NCBI GenBank assembly: GCA_965248695.1
Contig: CBDFKD010000002.1
Span: 3,904,001 to 3,968,000 of the forward strand
From: Acidobacteriota bacterium
GTDB lineage: Bacteria; Acidobacteriota; UBA890; WLXD01
Reading direction: 5' to 3'
Length of the DNA: 64,000 nt
Shown: positions 8,761 to 19,587 of the stretch, piece by piece
Numbering within the stretch: position 1 is the stretch's first letter
Layout: the number at the start of each line of letters is the position of its first letter
Notes under the pieces: generated by a model
What the model was told of the DNA's origin: nothing
The model's database searches: none
The model's input: only the letters and a program-made list of their open reading frames with translations
Position numbers and translations under genes: made by a program

Positions 8761-11382
8761 CTACTCGGAGCGCAGCACCTCAACTGGATCGAGGCGCATC
8801 GCCCGCGCGGCCGGCAGGGCACAGGCCAGGGTCGCAGTCGCCAGCATGAGCAATCCCACTCCAGCGAGCGTTGCCAGGTCTGCTGGCGCGACCTCGAACA
8901 ACAGGCTTGCCGCGGCTCGGCCGGCGACCAGGGCTCCACCGATTCCGAGCGTCAGGCCTGTCACCGCGAGTCGCAAGCCATCGCCCAGCACCATGCGACG
9001 TACGTCACCGGCGTTGGCGCCGAGCGCGATCCGCACGCCGATCTCTCGACGACGCTCGCGAACGGCAAACTCGAGCACGCCGTAGGTGCCGATTGCTGCC
9101 AGGACCAGCGCGATGAGCGCGAAGCTCGACATCATGCGCAGGAAGAAGCGTGGCTTGTCGACCGAGTCTACGAGCGCCTGGGTACCGGTCACCAGCACGT
9201 CGACCGGCACCGCGGGGTCGAGCCCTCGGATGACCCGCCGCACCTCCGGCGCAACATCAGTTGGCGGCCCGGCGGTGCGCATGATCACTGACATGTAGCC
9301 CCAGCCGCGATGGGCTGCCGATGGATAGAACAGGTCCATGCTGCCGCGGCGGTCATCTTGTCCGATGAGCTTCAAATCCTCGATCATGCCAACGACGGTC
9401 AGCCACGGACGGTCGGAGTCGAGGCGAAATCGGCGTCCGACCGCGCTGGTGCCGTTGAACAGGAATCGTGCCAGCGCGCGGTCGACGATAACCTTGTCGC
9501 CGTCGAGGCCATCGGCATCGGTGAAGTTCCGGCCGACCACGATGGGTACACCGAGCGTGGGGAAGAATTCCTCATCCACCGTGGCGCTCGGTAGGTAGTC
9601 CTGTGGTAGTGGCCGGGGCTCGCGGCCGTCTGCCTGCGGCCGCAGCCCGAAGCTGATCGCGGGTTCCGGCGGGACGCCGTTGGCCAGCGAGGCGGAGACC
9701 ACGCCGGGCAGGCTGTGCAACTCGTCTCGCAGCGCCCGGAAGAAGTGCCCTCGTGCAACAGGATCCCCATAGCTGTGCCCCGGTAGCTCGATCGATACCT
9801 GCAGCAGGTTGCGGGCATCGTAGCCCGGGTCTACCGCCGTCAGGCGTACGAAGCTCCGAATCAACAGCCCCGCGACGACCAGCAGCGTGACGGACATCGC
9901 GATCTGCGCCACGACGAGGCTGCCTCGTAACCTGGTCGAGCTGCGTTCGGCCGAGGACCAGCGTGTCGACCGGCCGGCGAGCCCACCACCGGTCGCCCGC
10001 CAGCCGGGTAGGACGCCCAACACCACGCCGACGATGGTCGTTACCCCGAGTGCGAACGCCAGCGCACGCTGGTCGACCGCGACATTCCCTACCAGGAAGG
10101 ACGTGATTTCCGAAGGCAGCAGCCCGGCGATCGCCTGCACGAGGCCGAACGCCAGCACCACGGCGGCGGCTCCGCCGAGCCCCACCAACACGAGCGTCTC
10201 GGTGAGCTCCTGTCGAATCAGGCGTGCGCGCGAGGCGCCCAGTGCGGCACGCACGACGATGTCGGCTGCACGGCGACTGGCGCGGGCGAGCAACAGGTTG
10301 ATTGCGTTGAGCATGGCGACGCCGAGCAGCACGGAGACCGCGGCGGTCATCATCCAAAGGGCTCGCGTCACGTCGGCGTTGGCGCGGAACGAATCCAATG
10401 GTGCGGCGCGCAGTGACCAGCCGGCTGGATCCGGGTCGACCCCCTGGAGCCCATCGCCGATGGCAGCAAGCCGTAGCTCCAACTGATCGATGGATTGCCC
10501 GTCGGGTATCGCGGCGACTATGCGAATCCGATTGAGCCGGTCGCCGCCGACGATCGCGTCGGATGCGAGCGGCACCCAGGCGTCGGTTCGCAGGGTCGGC
10601 GGGAAACGGAAACCTGCCGGCATCACACCGACCACGGTGTGCGGTTGCTGGTCGAGAACGATCACGCGACCGAGCACGTCGGGATCGCCGCCGAGCCGGG
10701 CGCGCCAGAACTCGTGGCTCAAGACGCACACTCGCTCGCGGTCGGGAACCGCGTCCAGCTCGCTGAACCCCCGTCCGCGCTCCGGCGTTACGCCGAGCAT
10801 TCGCAACCAGTTGGTCGACACGGCGTGACCGGCGACTTGGTACGGATCATCGGCACCGGTGTGGACGAGCATCACCTGTGCGCGAAGTGTGATCTCCGCA
10901 TAGCTCGAGGTCGTTCGCTGCCAGGCGAAGGCGCGCTCCGGGCTTGTCCAGTCGGTGGAGCGCCCGTCTTCCTGGTCCACCGGCAACAGCGAAACCAGCC
11001 GATCGGGCGCCGCATAGGGTAGCGGTCGCAGCAACACCGCGTCGGTTACCGAGAACACCGCGACGTTGGCGCCGACGCCGAGTGCGATCGTTAGCACCAC
11101 CGCGGTGCTCAAGCCTGGGGCCTGGCGAAGCGCGCGCACCCCGCCGCGAAGATCGTGCGCTACCGATCCCAGCCAGCGAAGTAGTCTGATTCGCGGCTCT
11201 TCTTCGGCGATCTGATGCAGCGAGCTCCGAACTCGCGACACATTGCCGAAACGACGCCTGGCCTCGCCCATCGCCGCCCGCTCCGACCACCCGAGCTCGA
11301 CGAGCGCCTCGGCGCGCTCGCGAAGATGATGGCGGATCTCCTCGTCGATCCCGTGGTCCAGCAAGGGGTCTCGGGGTCGCAT
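8761..11382 (-). CDS. Acidobacterial duplicated orphan permease (ADOP; MacB/FtsX-type ABC permease)
   Basis: ARRRFGN prefix domain, TIALGVGANVAVFS..LLRPLPY, RAALGASR, LVVAQIAMS, EIGVRIALGA, PAARAMRLDPVEVLRSE. Confidence 0.9.
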   Translation of the reverse strand: MRPRDPLLDHGIDEEIRHHLRERAEALVELGWSERAAMGEARRRFGNVSRVRSSLHQIAEEEPRIRLLRWLGSVAHDLRGGVRALRQAPGLSTAVVLTIALGVGANVAVFSVTDAVLLRPLPYAAPDRLVSLLPVDQEDGRSTDWTSPERAFAWQRTTSSYAEITLRAQVMLVHTGADDPYQVAGHAVSTNWLRMLGVTPERGRGFSELDAVPDRERVCVLSHEFWRARLGGDPDVLGRVIVLDQQPHTVVGVMPAGFRFPPTLRTDAWVPLASDAIVGGDRLNRIRIVAAIPDGQSIDQLELRLAAIGDGLQGVDPDPAGWSLRAAPLDSFRANADVTRALWMMTAAVSVLLGVAMLNAINLLLARASRRAADIVVRAALGASRARLIRQELTETLVLVGLGGAAAVVLAFGLVQAIAGLLPSEITSFLVGNVAVDQRALAFALGVTTIVGVVLGVLPGWRATGGGLAGRSTRWSSAERSSTRLRGSLVVAQIAMSVTLLVVAGLLIRSFVRLTAVDPGYDARNLLQVSIELPGHSYGDPVARGHFFRALRDELHSLPGVVSASLANGVPPEPAISFGLRPQADGREPRPLPQDYLPSATVDEEFFPTLGVPIVVGRNFTDADGLDGDKVIVDRALARFLFNGTSAVGRRFRLDSDRPWLTVVGMIEDLKLIGQDDRRGSMDLFYPSAAHRGWGYMSVIMRTAGPPTDVAPEVRRVIRGLDPAVPVDVLVTGTQALVDSVDKPRFFLRMMSSFALIALVLAAIGTYGVLEFAVRERRREIGVRIALGANAGDVRRMVLGDGLRLAVTGLTLGIGGALVAGRAAASLLFEVAPADLATLAGVGLLMLATATLACALPAARAMRLDPVEVLRSE

Positions 11383-11386
11383 GACG

Positions 11387-11725
11387 TTACCCCGCCGCGC
11401 CGCTCAGCTTGTCGACTGCCGCGACGTAATCCGTCCAGCGGCGCTGGCGTATCTGCAGCTCCTGGCGTCCTGTTTCCGAGAGCGAATAGTACTTAGCTCG
11501 GCGTCCCCTCGGCGAGACTCCCCAAGAGGCGCCGATGAGACCGCGGCGCTGCATTCGGTGCAATGCCGGGTACAGGCTGCCCTCTTCGATTGCCAGGGCC
11601 TCGTCCGTTGTTTCGTAGATCCACTCTAGGATCTCGAACCCATGCATGCACTCGTGGTTACCAAGTGTCTTCAGGATGAGGAATTCCAGCGTCCCCTGAA
11701 CGAGATCGAGAGAACCGGGAGCCAT
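11387..11725 (-). CDS. PadR family transcriptional regulator (acidobacterial type)
   Basis: LVQGTLEFLILKTL, MHGFEI, EEGSLYPALHRM, RRAKYYSL; GGAGG RBS before ATG 11725. Confidence 0.92.
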   Translation of the reverse strand: MAPGSLDLVQGTLEFLILKTLGNHECMHGFEILEWIYETTDEALAIEEGSLYPALHRMQRRGLIGASWGVSPRGRRAKYYSLSETGRQELQIRQRRWTDYVAAVDKLSGAAG

Positions 11726-11741
11726 GCTGCCCTCCAACTAG

Positions 11742-11790
11742 CCTAGATAATCTAGGACAAGAATAGGCGGCTTGACCTAGACGGTCAAGG
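11742..11790. promoter_or_regulatory. Two putative PadR operator boxes CCTAGA-N3-TCTAGG
   Basis: Perfect CCTAGATAATCTAGG at 11742-11756 and one-mismatch CCTAGACGGTCAAGG at 11776-11790, directly upstream of padR. Confidence 0.65.
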
Positions 11791-11809
11791 TCAGTCCCGT
11801 AAGCCTGTT

Positions 11810-12826
11810 TCACGAGCTCGTGCGTGCGGCCGTTTCCCAGCAGCCGGTCTCGGCGGATCGGAACAGCGCCTCGATGAGGCGCATGTTCTGCAGCGACATC
11901 TCCAGCGGGTAGGGGACGTCGCTGTCCTCGAGCACGGCGCGCGAGAACTCGTCGCCCTGAATGCGGTACTGGTCGCAGGTGTCGAATTCGACGGTCTCGA
12001 TGCCGGAGCCGAACCGGTCGCCGTCGGTGTCGACGAGCAATCGGCACGGTCTGTCGTTGGGAGCGTTGAAGGGGATCTCGAGCTCCAGTCGGCCCCGGTC
12101 ACCGAACACCGCTACCCGTTGGTGTGGCAGCAGCCTCGTGCTGCAGGTTCCGACGGCGTGCCCGGAAGGGAAATCGAGCATCATCGAGGTGACGATGTCG
12201 ACGGTGGACTCGGGATCGCGTTCGATCAGCCCCATGACGCGCCGCGGCTCCTCGCCGAAGATCATCCGGGACGTCACCAACAGGTAGCAGCCGATGTCCA
12301 TCAGCGCTCCGCCGCCGGCCTCAGCCAGGTTGCGGATGTTGCTGGGGTCGTCGTTGAAGTAGCTGAAGTAGCCGGTGTAGGAGCGCACCGCGCCCAGTTG
12401 GCCGGAACGGCAGATCTCCATGGCGCGCAGCCATTGCGGGTAGGTTCGCACCATGAAGGCCTCCTGCATCTTCACTCCGGTACGGTTGCGCGCCGCGATC
12501 AGATCTTCGGCCTCGGCGGCGCTCATGCCGATGGGCTTCTCGCACAGGACGTGCTTGCCTTGCTCGGCGGCGGCAATCGACCACTCTCGATGCAGATGGT
12601 TCGGCAGCGGGATGTAGACCGCATCGATGTCGGGGTCTTCCAGGAGCTCGGCGTACGAGCCGTACGACGTCGGGATACCGAGCGCCTGCGCTGCCGCCGC
12701 CGACTTCGCCGACTCGCGCGAAGCGATAGCCGCGATCTCCGAGAGCTCGCCGCCCTGCATCGCAGGGATCACCTTTTCGGTGGCGATCTTGGCCACCCCG
12801 AGTACGCCCCAACGCACCTTGTCCAT
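11810..12826 (-). CDS. Gfo/Idh/MocA family oxidoreductase
   Basis: VRWGVLGVAKIA, DAVYIPLPNHLH, GKHVLCEKP, GGGALMDIGCY. Confidence 0.92.
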   Translation of the reverse strand: MDKVRWGVLGVAKIATEKVIPAMQGGELSEIAAIASRESAKSAAAAQALGIPTSYGSYAELLEDPDIDAVYIPLPNHLHREWSIAAAEQGKHVLCEKPIGMSAAEAEDLIAARNRTGVKMQEAFMVRTYPQWLRAMEICRSGQLGAVRSYTGYFSYFNDDPSNIRNLAEAGGGALMDIGCYLLVTSRMIFGEEPRRVMGLIERDPESTVDIVTSMMLDFPSGHAVGTCSTRLLPHQRVAVFGDRGRLELEIPFNAPNDRPCRLLVDTDGDRFGSGIETVEFDTCDQYRIQGDEFSRAVLEDSDVPYPLEMSLQNMRLIEALFRSAETGCWETAARTSS

Positions 12827-12936
12827 TCGTTCTCCCGATGCCCCATCGTGCCGGCCGTGCCGAGCTCGTTGGCCGGGCGCCGCCCATGGTAGTAGCCTGC
12901 GGCGCGGACCCGCCACCTTTCCGGAGAGACCACGAG

Positions 12937-13515
12937 ATGCTGACGAAGCTACCGATTCCGAGGAACACGCAGGTTGCCATCGCCGTGGCGCTGGGGCTCG
13001 CTCTCGCTGCCCCCGCGACCGGGCCCGCCAGCGCGTTGGCTGCCAACAACGCCCCAGAAGCTGCCGGGAGCGCCGTCGCGGCAGCGCCGACCGGACAGCA
13101 CCCGACGCTGCCCTCGAAGCTGGTACTGACGCTGGAGGCCGCCACGCGGGTCGCTGATGCCGCCGAGTCGGAGGCGCGCCGTAACGGCTGGGCGGTGTCC
13201 ATTGCCGTAGTGGACGATGGCGGCCACCTGCTGCTGTTTCGTCGCTCAGACGGCGCCGTGCTCGTGGCGACCGATATCGCCATGCGCAAGGCACGTACGG
13301 CGGCCTACTTCCAAGGACCGACGGTGGATCTCGAAGAGGAAGTCTCGGGTGGCCGTACGGCGCTGTTACCCATCGACGATTTCATGCCCCTGCAGGGAGG
13401 TGTGCCGCTGATGGTCGATGGCCAGCAGGTCGGTGCCGTGGGCAGTGGCGTCACCGGCGCGCAGGATGAGCAATGTGCGCTTGCCGGTGCCGCCGAGCTG
13501 GCGGGAGGCAGCTAG
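12937..13515 (+). CDS. GlcG/HbpS-like heme-binding protein (DUF336), secreted
   Basis: VSIAVVDDGGHL, IAMRKARTA, LQGGVPL..GAVG..DEQCA; signal peptide. Confidence 0.85.
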   Translation: MLTKLPIPRNTQVAIAVALGLALAAPATGPASALAANNAPEAAGSAVAAAPTGQHPTLPSKLVLTLEAATRVADAAESEARRNGWAVSIAVVDDGGHLLLFRRSDGAVLVATDIAMRKARTAAYFQGPTVDLEEEVSGGRTALLPIDDFMPLQGGVPLMVDGQQVGAVGSGVTGAQDEQCALAGAAELAGGS

Positions 13516-13530
13516 GACAACCGCCAGGCG

Positions 13531-15183
13531 TCAGGCCTGATCTGCGTCCGCCTCCCACTGTTCACGCAGCACGAACTTCTGCACCTTGCCCGACGGGGTG
13601 AGCGGAAACCCCTCGACTCGGATCCAGACCGTGGGCGTTTTCTGTGGCGAAAGATGCTCGCGGCAGTACGCCCGCAGATCGTCGTCGCTGGCCGCGCTGG
13701 CAGGGTCCACGTCACGCACGAAGGCGCCGATCACCTCGCCCCACTTGGCGTCGGGCAGGCCGACGACGGCTACATCCGCGACCGCGGGATGTTCGAATAG
13801 CAACTCCTCGATCTCGCGCGGAAAGATGTTCTCGCCGCCGCGGATGATCATGTCCTTGAGCCGGCCGGTGATTCTGGTGTAGCCGCGCTCGTCCATCGAT
13901 ACGAGGTCGCCGGTGTGCAGCCATCCATCCTCGTCGATGGTCTCGGCAGTCTTATCCGGCATCTCGAAGTAGCCCATCATCACCAGGTAGCCGCGCGTAC
14001 ACAGCTCGCCCTCGACCCCGATCGGCTGGATCTCACCGGTTGCTGGATCGACCACCTTGATCTCGGTTTGCGGCAGCGCCGGACCTAGCGTGTTGGCCTT
14101 GTCCTCGGTGGTGTCGTCGTGACGCATCAGCGTGATTCCCGGCGATGCCTCGGTCTGGCCATAGATGATCTGGAAATCCACGCCGAGCGTTTCCTCGATG
14201 CGGCGCACAAGCTCAGTCGGTACCGTCGCTCCACCCGAACAGACGGTATGGATCGTGGACAGATCGACTTCGGAGAAGTTCGGGTGCTCCATCGCTGCGA
14301 TCAGCATTGTCGGCACCCCGAGCATGTGTGTGGCGCGCTCGCTCTCGACCAACTCGAGCATCCGGCCGGGGTCGAATTGCACCGTGCTGACCAGCGTGGC
14401 GTTAGTCTGCGCCGGCGCCAGCACGCCGATTACGCAACCGGCGGTGTGGAAGAACGGCATCGGGTTGAGGTAGACGGACCCGGACTCGACGCGCAGGCGC
14501 TCGCCAATGAGACGGGCATTGTTGGTGATGCCTCGATGGTGCAGGTAGGCGCCCTTGGGAAAGCCGGTCGTGCCCGACGTGTACTGGATCTGAACCGGGT
14601 CGTCGGGTAGCACCTCGGGCAGCTCGGTGTTGTGGTCGACCCCGGCGAGGAACGAGTCGAAATCCTCGAATTGCAGCATCTCGCGCAGGTCGGGGAGATT
14701 GCCGGCAACCTGGCTGACCGTCTCGTGCATGGGATTGCCGCGGAACTCGCCGGTGTAAAAGACCCCGGCGGAGCGCGACTGACGGAGCACGTATTCGAGC
14801 TCTTTGGCCTGGTAGGAAGGGTTGACGGTTACCAGCACCACCCCCGCCAGCCCGGCGCCGTACTCCAGGAGCACCCATTCCGCGATATTCGGCGCCCACA
14901 CCGCCAGCCGCTCGCCCTTCTCGAAGCGCACCGCGAGCCCGCGGGCGACGCTCTCGGCGTCGCGCAGTAGCTCGGCGTAGGTCCAGCGGCGGCACCCGTC
15001 GGCAGCTCCTTCGACGAAGGCCACGGTGTCGGGTGCCTCTGCTGCGGCGCGCCGCAGCACCGAACCGACCGTCGTTTCGAGGACCTCCGAGCTGGTATCG
15101 GCCGCGACATAACTCGACGTCAGGGGGCCGTCTTCGGCTTCGATGAAGTCGGCGCTGCTCTTCGATGTGGAAAGTACCGTCAT
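13531..15183 (-). CDS. AMP-dependent acyl-CoA synthetase
   Basis: IQYTSGTTGFPKG, YGQTEASP, GWLHTGDL, DMIIRGGENIFPREIE, PSGKVQK. Confidence 0.93.
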   Translation of the reverse strand: MTVLSTSKSSADFIEAEDGPLTSSYVAADTSSEVLETTVGSVLRRAAAEAPDTVAFVEGAADGCRRWTYAELLRDAESVARGLAVRFEKGERLAVWAPNIAEWVLLEYGAGLAGVVLVTVNPSYQAKELEYVLRQSRSAGVFYTGEFRGNPMHETVSQVAGNLPDLREMLQFEDFDSFLAGVDHNTELPEVLPDDPVQIQYTSGTTGFPKGAYLHHRGITNNARLIGERLRVESGSVYLNPMPFFHTAGCVIGVLAPAQTNATLVSTVQFDPGRMLELVESERATHMLGVPTMLIAAMEHPNFSEVDLSTIHTVCSGGATVPTELVRRIEETLGVDFQIIYGQTEASPGITLMRHDDTTEDKANTLGPALPQTEIKVVDPATGEIQPIGVEGELCTRGYLVMMGYFEMPDKTAETIDEDGWLHTGDLVSMDERGYTRITGRLKDMIIRGGENIFPREIEELLFEHPAVADVAVVGLPDAKWGEVIGAFVRDVDPASAASDDDLRAYCREHLSPQKTPTVWIRVEGFPLTPSGKVQKFVLREQWEADADQA

Positions 15184-15207
15184 CCATATGCCCCGTGCAC
15201 GTCGTTC

Positions 15208-16694
15208 CTAGGCCAGCACTTCGTCGATCACTTTGCCGTGCACATCGGTGAGACGCATATCGCGGCCGTTGAATCGGTAGGTCAGATCCTCGAAGTCGAG
15301 CCCCAGGACATGCAGAATCGTGGCGTGTAGCTCGTACATCGACTTACGATTCTCGACAGCGGCGTAGCCGTACTGGTCGGTGGCGCCGACCACCGTGCCA
15401 CCCTTGATGCCGCCGCCGGCGAGCCAGACGCTGAAGCCCTTGTTGTTGTGGTCGCGTCCGTCCAGACGCTCCGAGATCGGCAGCCGGCCGAACTCGCCGT
15501 GCCAGACGATGAGCGCATCGTCCCACATGCCGTGGCTCTTGAGGTCCTTGATAAGGCCGGCGATCGGCTTGTCGGTCTCGCCGCAGTGCATCTCATGGTT
15601 GGCGCGCAGGTCGAAGTGCGCGTCCCAGCTGGGCTGGAAGTTGCCGCCGCCCGAGAAGATCTGCACATAGCGCACGCCGCGCTGCACCAGCCGCCGGGCC
15701 ATCAACGCCTGCCGACCGAAGTAATCGGTGGGCTCCTCGTCGATGCCGTACAGACGCCGGGTGGCTTCCGACTCGGAACGGATGTCGATGGCCTCCGGTG
15801 CGCGGTCCTGCATGCGATAGGCGAGCTCATACGAATAGGTGCGTGCCGAGAGCTCGGTGTCGAGGGGATTCTTGTCGGCGTAGCGCTCGTTCATCGCATG
15901 CAGCATACGCAGCCACCGTTGTTGCTCGTCGCGCGTGCGGTCGGCGTCCGGCTTCAGGTCGACGATCGGTACCGGACCGTCGCGGAGCTGGGTTCCCTGG
16001 TAGGCGGCAGGGAGGTAGCCGCTGTGCCAGTTCGGCGGGCCGTTGATCGGGCCGCCGCGGTAGTCGGTCATGACGATAAACCCCGGCAGATCCTGGCTCT
16101 CGCTGCCCAGCCCGTAGGTAACCTAGCTGCCGACGCTGGGGTGGCCGGCGAGGATGCTGCCGGTGTTCATCTGAAACAGTGCCGGACCGTGCGCTGGGCT
16201 GATGCCGTACATGGAGCGGATGAGCGCGATGTCGTCGACGTGCTCGGCGACGTGCGGGAACAGCGACGACACCTCCATGCCGCAGTCGCCGTGCTGCTTG
16301 AACTCCCAGGGTGACGGCATCAGCCCGCCCGGTGTGCCCATCACCGTAGTCACCTCGCGCCGACCCCCTCCATGGTCTCGCCCTGGTACTCGAGCAGTGC
16401 CGGCTTGGGGTCGAATGTGTCGATGTGGCTGCAGCCGCCATAGCAGAAGATCGAGATGACGAACTTGGCGCGCGGTGTCAGCGGCGGCGTCTTGGGCGCC
16501 AGAGGGCTGTCCAGCTGTTGAGCGTGCGCCGCCGGGGTCAGGACGCCGTCCTGTTGCAGCATGTCGAGAAAGGCGAGCCCCGCTACGCCGCCGCCGAGGC
16601 GTCCGAGCAGCTCGCGGCGCGAGTAGATCTGCTTTTCCTGATGACCGCAGCCGTGATGATGATGGTGGCTGCCATGACGTCGTCGTCGGGTCAT
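15208..16694 (-). pseudogene. DUF1501 family Tat-exported protein with two lesions (2-nt insertion near 16357; in-frame TAG 16123-16125)
   Basis: SRRELL Tat motif; GGCSHIDTFDPKP; SSLFPHVA..DDIALIRSM; HPSVGS*VTYGLGSE..LPGF (Trp expected at *); WDAH; GEFGRLP..GRDHN; RLTDVHG. Confidence 0.8.
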
Positions 16695-19306
16695 GGTCGG
16701 TACAGGAACTCGTTGAGGTTGAAGACCAGATGGCAGAAATCGACCAGGCCGTCGGGGTTCTCGCGGATGAACTCTACGGCGTTGGCGAGCTCGGCGGGCT
16801 CGGCCGGTCGCCCTAATGCGATCTGGATGGCTCGATCGGCCAGCGCGTCGATGTGGTCACCGACCTCGGCCCGCAGGCGCTCGGCGAACCTGGTCGCTTG
16901 GAACGCCACCATCGGGTTGTTCATCAGGATCAACACCTGCGGCGCGATGGTGGTGCGATTGCGGCGGTCGATCGAGTTGATCAGGTTGGGCTGGTCGAAG
17001 GCCTCGAACATCGGATAGCGAATGCTGCGCTTGGAGAACACGTAGAGGCTGCGTCGCCAGGTGGAGGGATCAGTGTCCGGTAGCCCGGCCCAGTCGCGCT
17101 CCGAGCTTGCCTCGAACAGGTCGGGGTCGATGAACGGGAAGATCGCCGGCCCGCCCACAGTGCGATCGAGAGTTCCGGCGGTTGCCAGGATCGCGTCGCG
17201 GATGACCTCCGCCTCGAGGCGGACGCGCGGCATGCGCCACAGGTACAGGTTTTCCGGGTCGATCTCCACATTGCTCGGCTCGTCGGCGCTCGACATCCGG
17301 TAGGCGCGCGAGGTCAGCATGAGACGATGCATCGACTTCATGCTCCAGTCGCGCTCGATGAACTCCAGCGCCAACCAGTCGAGTAGCTCCGGATGCGTCG
17401 GCACGATGCCCATCTTGCCGAAGTTGCTGGGTGTGCGAACGATCCCCTCGCCGAAGTGGTGCTGCCAGAGTCGGTTGACCATGACTCGGGCCGGTAGCGG
17501 GTTGTCGGGATGCGTCAGCCATTCGGCGAACCCGAGTCGACGCCAGCTACTGTCGGCTTCTTCAGGGGCTTCCGCGAAGGGCCACTCGCCGTTCCATGCC
17601 ACGGTCAGCACGCCGGGGGCCATCTCTGAGCCCTTGGCTTGGGGGCTGCCACGATGCAAGAAGTAGGACGGCTCGGGCGTGCGCCCTTCCTCGCCGATGA
17701 CGCGCGCCGCCGGCAGGCGCTTCGGTTTGCTGGCCTCGAGGCGATCGATCTCTGCACGCACGGCCGAGTGTGCCAGGGCGACGTTGTGTGGCATCAACTC
17801 GACCACGTCGTCGGTGGTGATGATCCCCCGAAAGGCGTCGACCCCGAGACTGCGCGTCATCTGCGCTGCGTTGAGCCGCTGGCCCTCGGTGCGCTCGTCT
17901 TCCGGTGTGGACCAGGCCTCCTGAAGGTATTCGGGTAGCTTGACGATCTCGCGCGTGACGAGGACCCGGTGAAACGGCTCTTCGAGCGCTGCCTTGGCCG
18001 TCAGCAGCGGCGCGATCAGCTGCTCGAGTCGCTTGCGCTCCGCCCTGTTGGCCTCGATCTTCGGCGCCGGCGCGAGCGGATACGACGCCCGCACGGTCGG
18101 GTGGAAGATCGCCTGCATGCGGTAGTAATCCCTCTGCGCGATAGGGTCGAACTTGTGGTCGTGGCAGCGTGCGCAGCCCACCGTGACGCCCATGAAGGTG
18201 AGCGAGGTCACGGTGATGAGGTCGTCGAGCTCGTCGAGACGCTGGATCTCGCCGGGGCCGTCGTCCGCCTCGATGATCGCTGCCTCCGGGCCGACGCGCA
18301 GGAAGCCGGTGGCGACCATCGCCTCCTCGGACCCGAGTGCGTACTCGTCGCCGGCGAGCTGCTCCTTGACGAAGACGTCGTAGGGCTTGTCGCTGTTGAA
18401 CGCGTCCACCAGGTAGTCGCGGTAGCGGTACATGTAGGGGCGATCGCTGTCGAACTCGAAGCCGCCGGAATCGGCGTAGCGCGCCAGGTCCATCCAGTGG
18501 CGTGCCCAGCGCTCGCCGTAGTGGGGCGAGGCCAGCAGCCGATCGACGAGATGATCCCAAGCGTTCGGAGCATCGTCGGTGACGAACGCGTCGATCTCCT
18601 CGGGCGTTGGCGGCAAGCCGAGGACATCGAGATAGGCGCGGCGCACCAGGGTGCGGCGGTCGGCCGGGGCAGCCGGCGTGAGGCCGCGGGACTCCATCGC
18701 CGCCAGCAGGAAGGCGTCGATCGGGTTGTCGGCCCAGACCGGGTCACCGACCGCGGGCATCTCATGGCGGCGTGGCTTGACGAATGCCCAGTAGGCGCGT
18801 TCTTCGTCGGTGAACGGGCGATTCTCGAGGCGCTCGAGATCCTCCGGGCTGGCGCCGGCTGCCGGCGCGGCCTCGGGCACCGCCGCGAGCGAGCCGCCCG
18901 ACTCGATCCAGACGCGCACCAGCTCGAGCTCTGCGTCAGAGAGCTTCGTTCCCATCATCGGCATGAACGGCCGAGCAGTGCGGGCCACGGCGCTGAAGAG
19001 CCGGCTTCCCCCCGGATCGTGGGGCACTACCACCCGTCCGTTGTCGCCGCCGGCGAGGAGTCCTGCATCGGAGCGCAGATCCAGCCCACCGGCGAGGTCC
19101 GCACCGTCGCCATGGCAGCGGAAGCAACGATCCGCGAACAGCGAGTAGACCTGTTGCGCGGTGGCCTCGCCGGCCGCGATCGTGCGGCTGTCCTGATCCG
19201 CCGTACCGTTCGGGAGCTGGGCGATTGCGGTCCCATGCCCGAGGGCGGCCGTCACCGCCATCGTGACCAGGAACCCGGTCTGCCTACAAGAACGGTAGAG
19301 CCGCAT
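16691..19306 (-). CDS. Planctomycete-type cytochrome c + DUF1549 + DUF1553 (PSD1) domain protein
   Basis: CFRCHG and [12 protein letters not shown] heme motifs; [71 protein letters not shown]. Start uncertain. Confidence 0.9.
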   Translation of the reverse strand: MRLYRSCRQTGFLVTMAVTAALGHGTAIAQLPNGTADQDSRTIAAGEATAQQVYSLFADRCFRCHGDGADLAGGLDLRSDAGLLAGGDNGRVVVPHDPGGSRLFSAVARTARPFMPMMGTKLSDAELELVRVWIESGGSLAAVPEAAPAAGASPEDLERLENRPFTDEERAYWAFVKPRRHEMPAVGDPVWADNPIDAFLLAAMESRGLTPAAPADRRTLVRRAYLDVLGLPPTPEEIDAFVTDDAPNAWDHLVDRLLASPHYGERWARHWMDLARYADSGGFEFDSDRPYMYRYRDYLVDAFNSDKPYDVFVKEQLAGDEYALGSEEAMVATGFLRVGPEAAIIEADDGPGEIQRLDELDDLITVTSLTFMGVTVGCARCHDHKFDPIAQRDYYRMQAIFHPTVRASYPLAPAPKIEANRAERKRLEQLIAPLLTAKAALEEPFHRVLVTREIVKLPEYLQEAWSTPEDERTEGQRLNAAQMTRSLGVDAFRGIITTDDVVELMPHNVALAHSAVRAEIDRLEASKPKRLPAARVIGEEGRTPEPSYFLHRGSPQAKGSEMAPGVLTVAWNGEWPFAEAPEEADSSWRRLGFAEWLTHPDNPLPARVMVNRLWQHHFGEGIVRTPSNFGKMGIVPTHPELLDWLALEFIERDWSMKSMHRLMLTSRAYRMSSADEPSNVEIDPENLYLWRMPRVRLEAEVIRDAILATAGTLDRTVGGPAIFPFIDPDLFEASSERDWAGLPDTDPSTWRRSLYVFSKRSIRYPMFEAFDQPNLINSIDRRNRTTIAPQVLILMNNPMVAFQATRFAERLRAEVGDHIDALADRAIQIALGRPAEPAELANAVEFIRENPDGLVDFCHLVFNLNEFLYRP

Positions 19307-19587
19307 GAAGCCCTCAGTATGGGACGGTTCGCACCGACGCCACATGCTCGCGTGTGCGTTATCTGGAGTCAATCGAAGCTGGCTCGGCGGACCGGCCCGG
19401 GTCACGCCGGGCACGCGCGGTTGCGCGCCACGCCGGGCCGGGAGTACAAAGCAGCCCGACAGGCGGGATATCGCGGCGTGTGATGGCGCCGCGCACCCGG
19501 TCCCGCGACCATGCGGATCGGGACCCGGTCGAGCAACCACGTGGGCGGTCGCTGAACATTGGCCGTGCGCCTTACCGGATAGACGCC

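Noticed and set aside
17969-19483. Long antisense or alternate-frame ORFs (this one, 2061..3251, 19813..21054, 31362..32774, 43350..44894 and others)
   Set aside because: Shadow ORFs typical of high-GC DNA; they overlap well-supported genes and show no family motifs.
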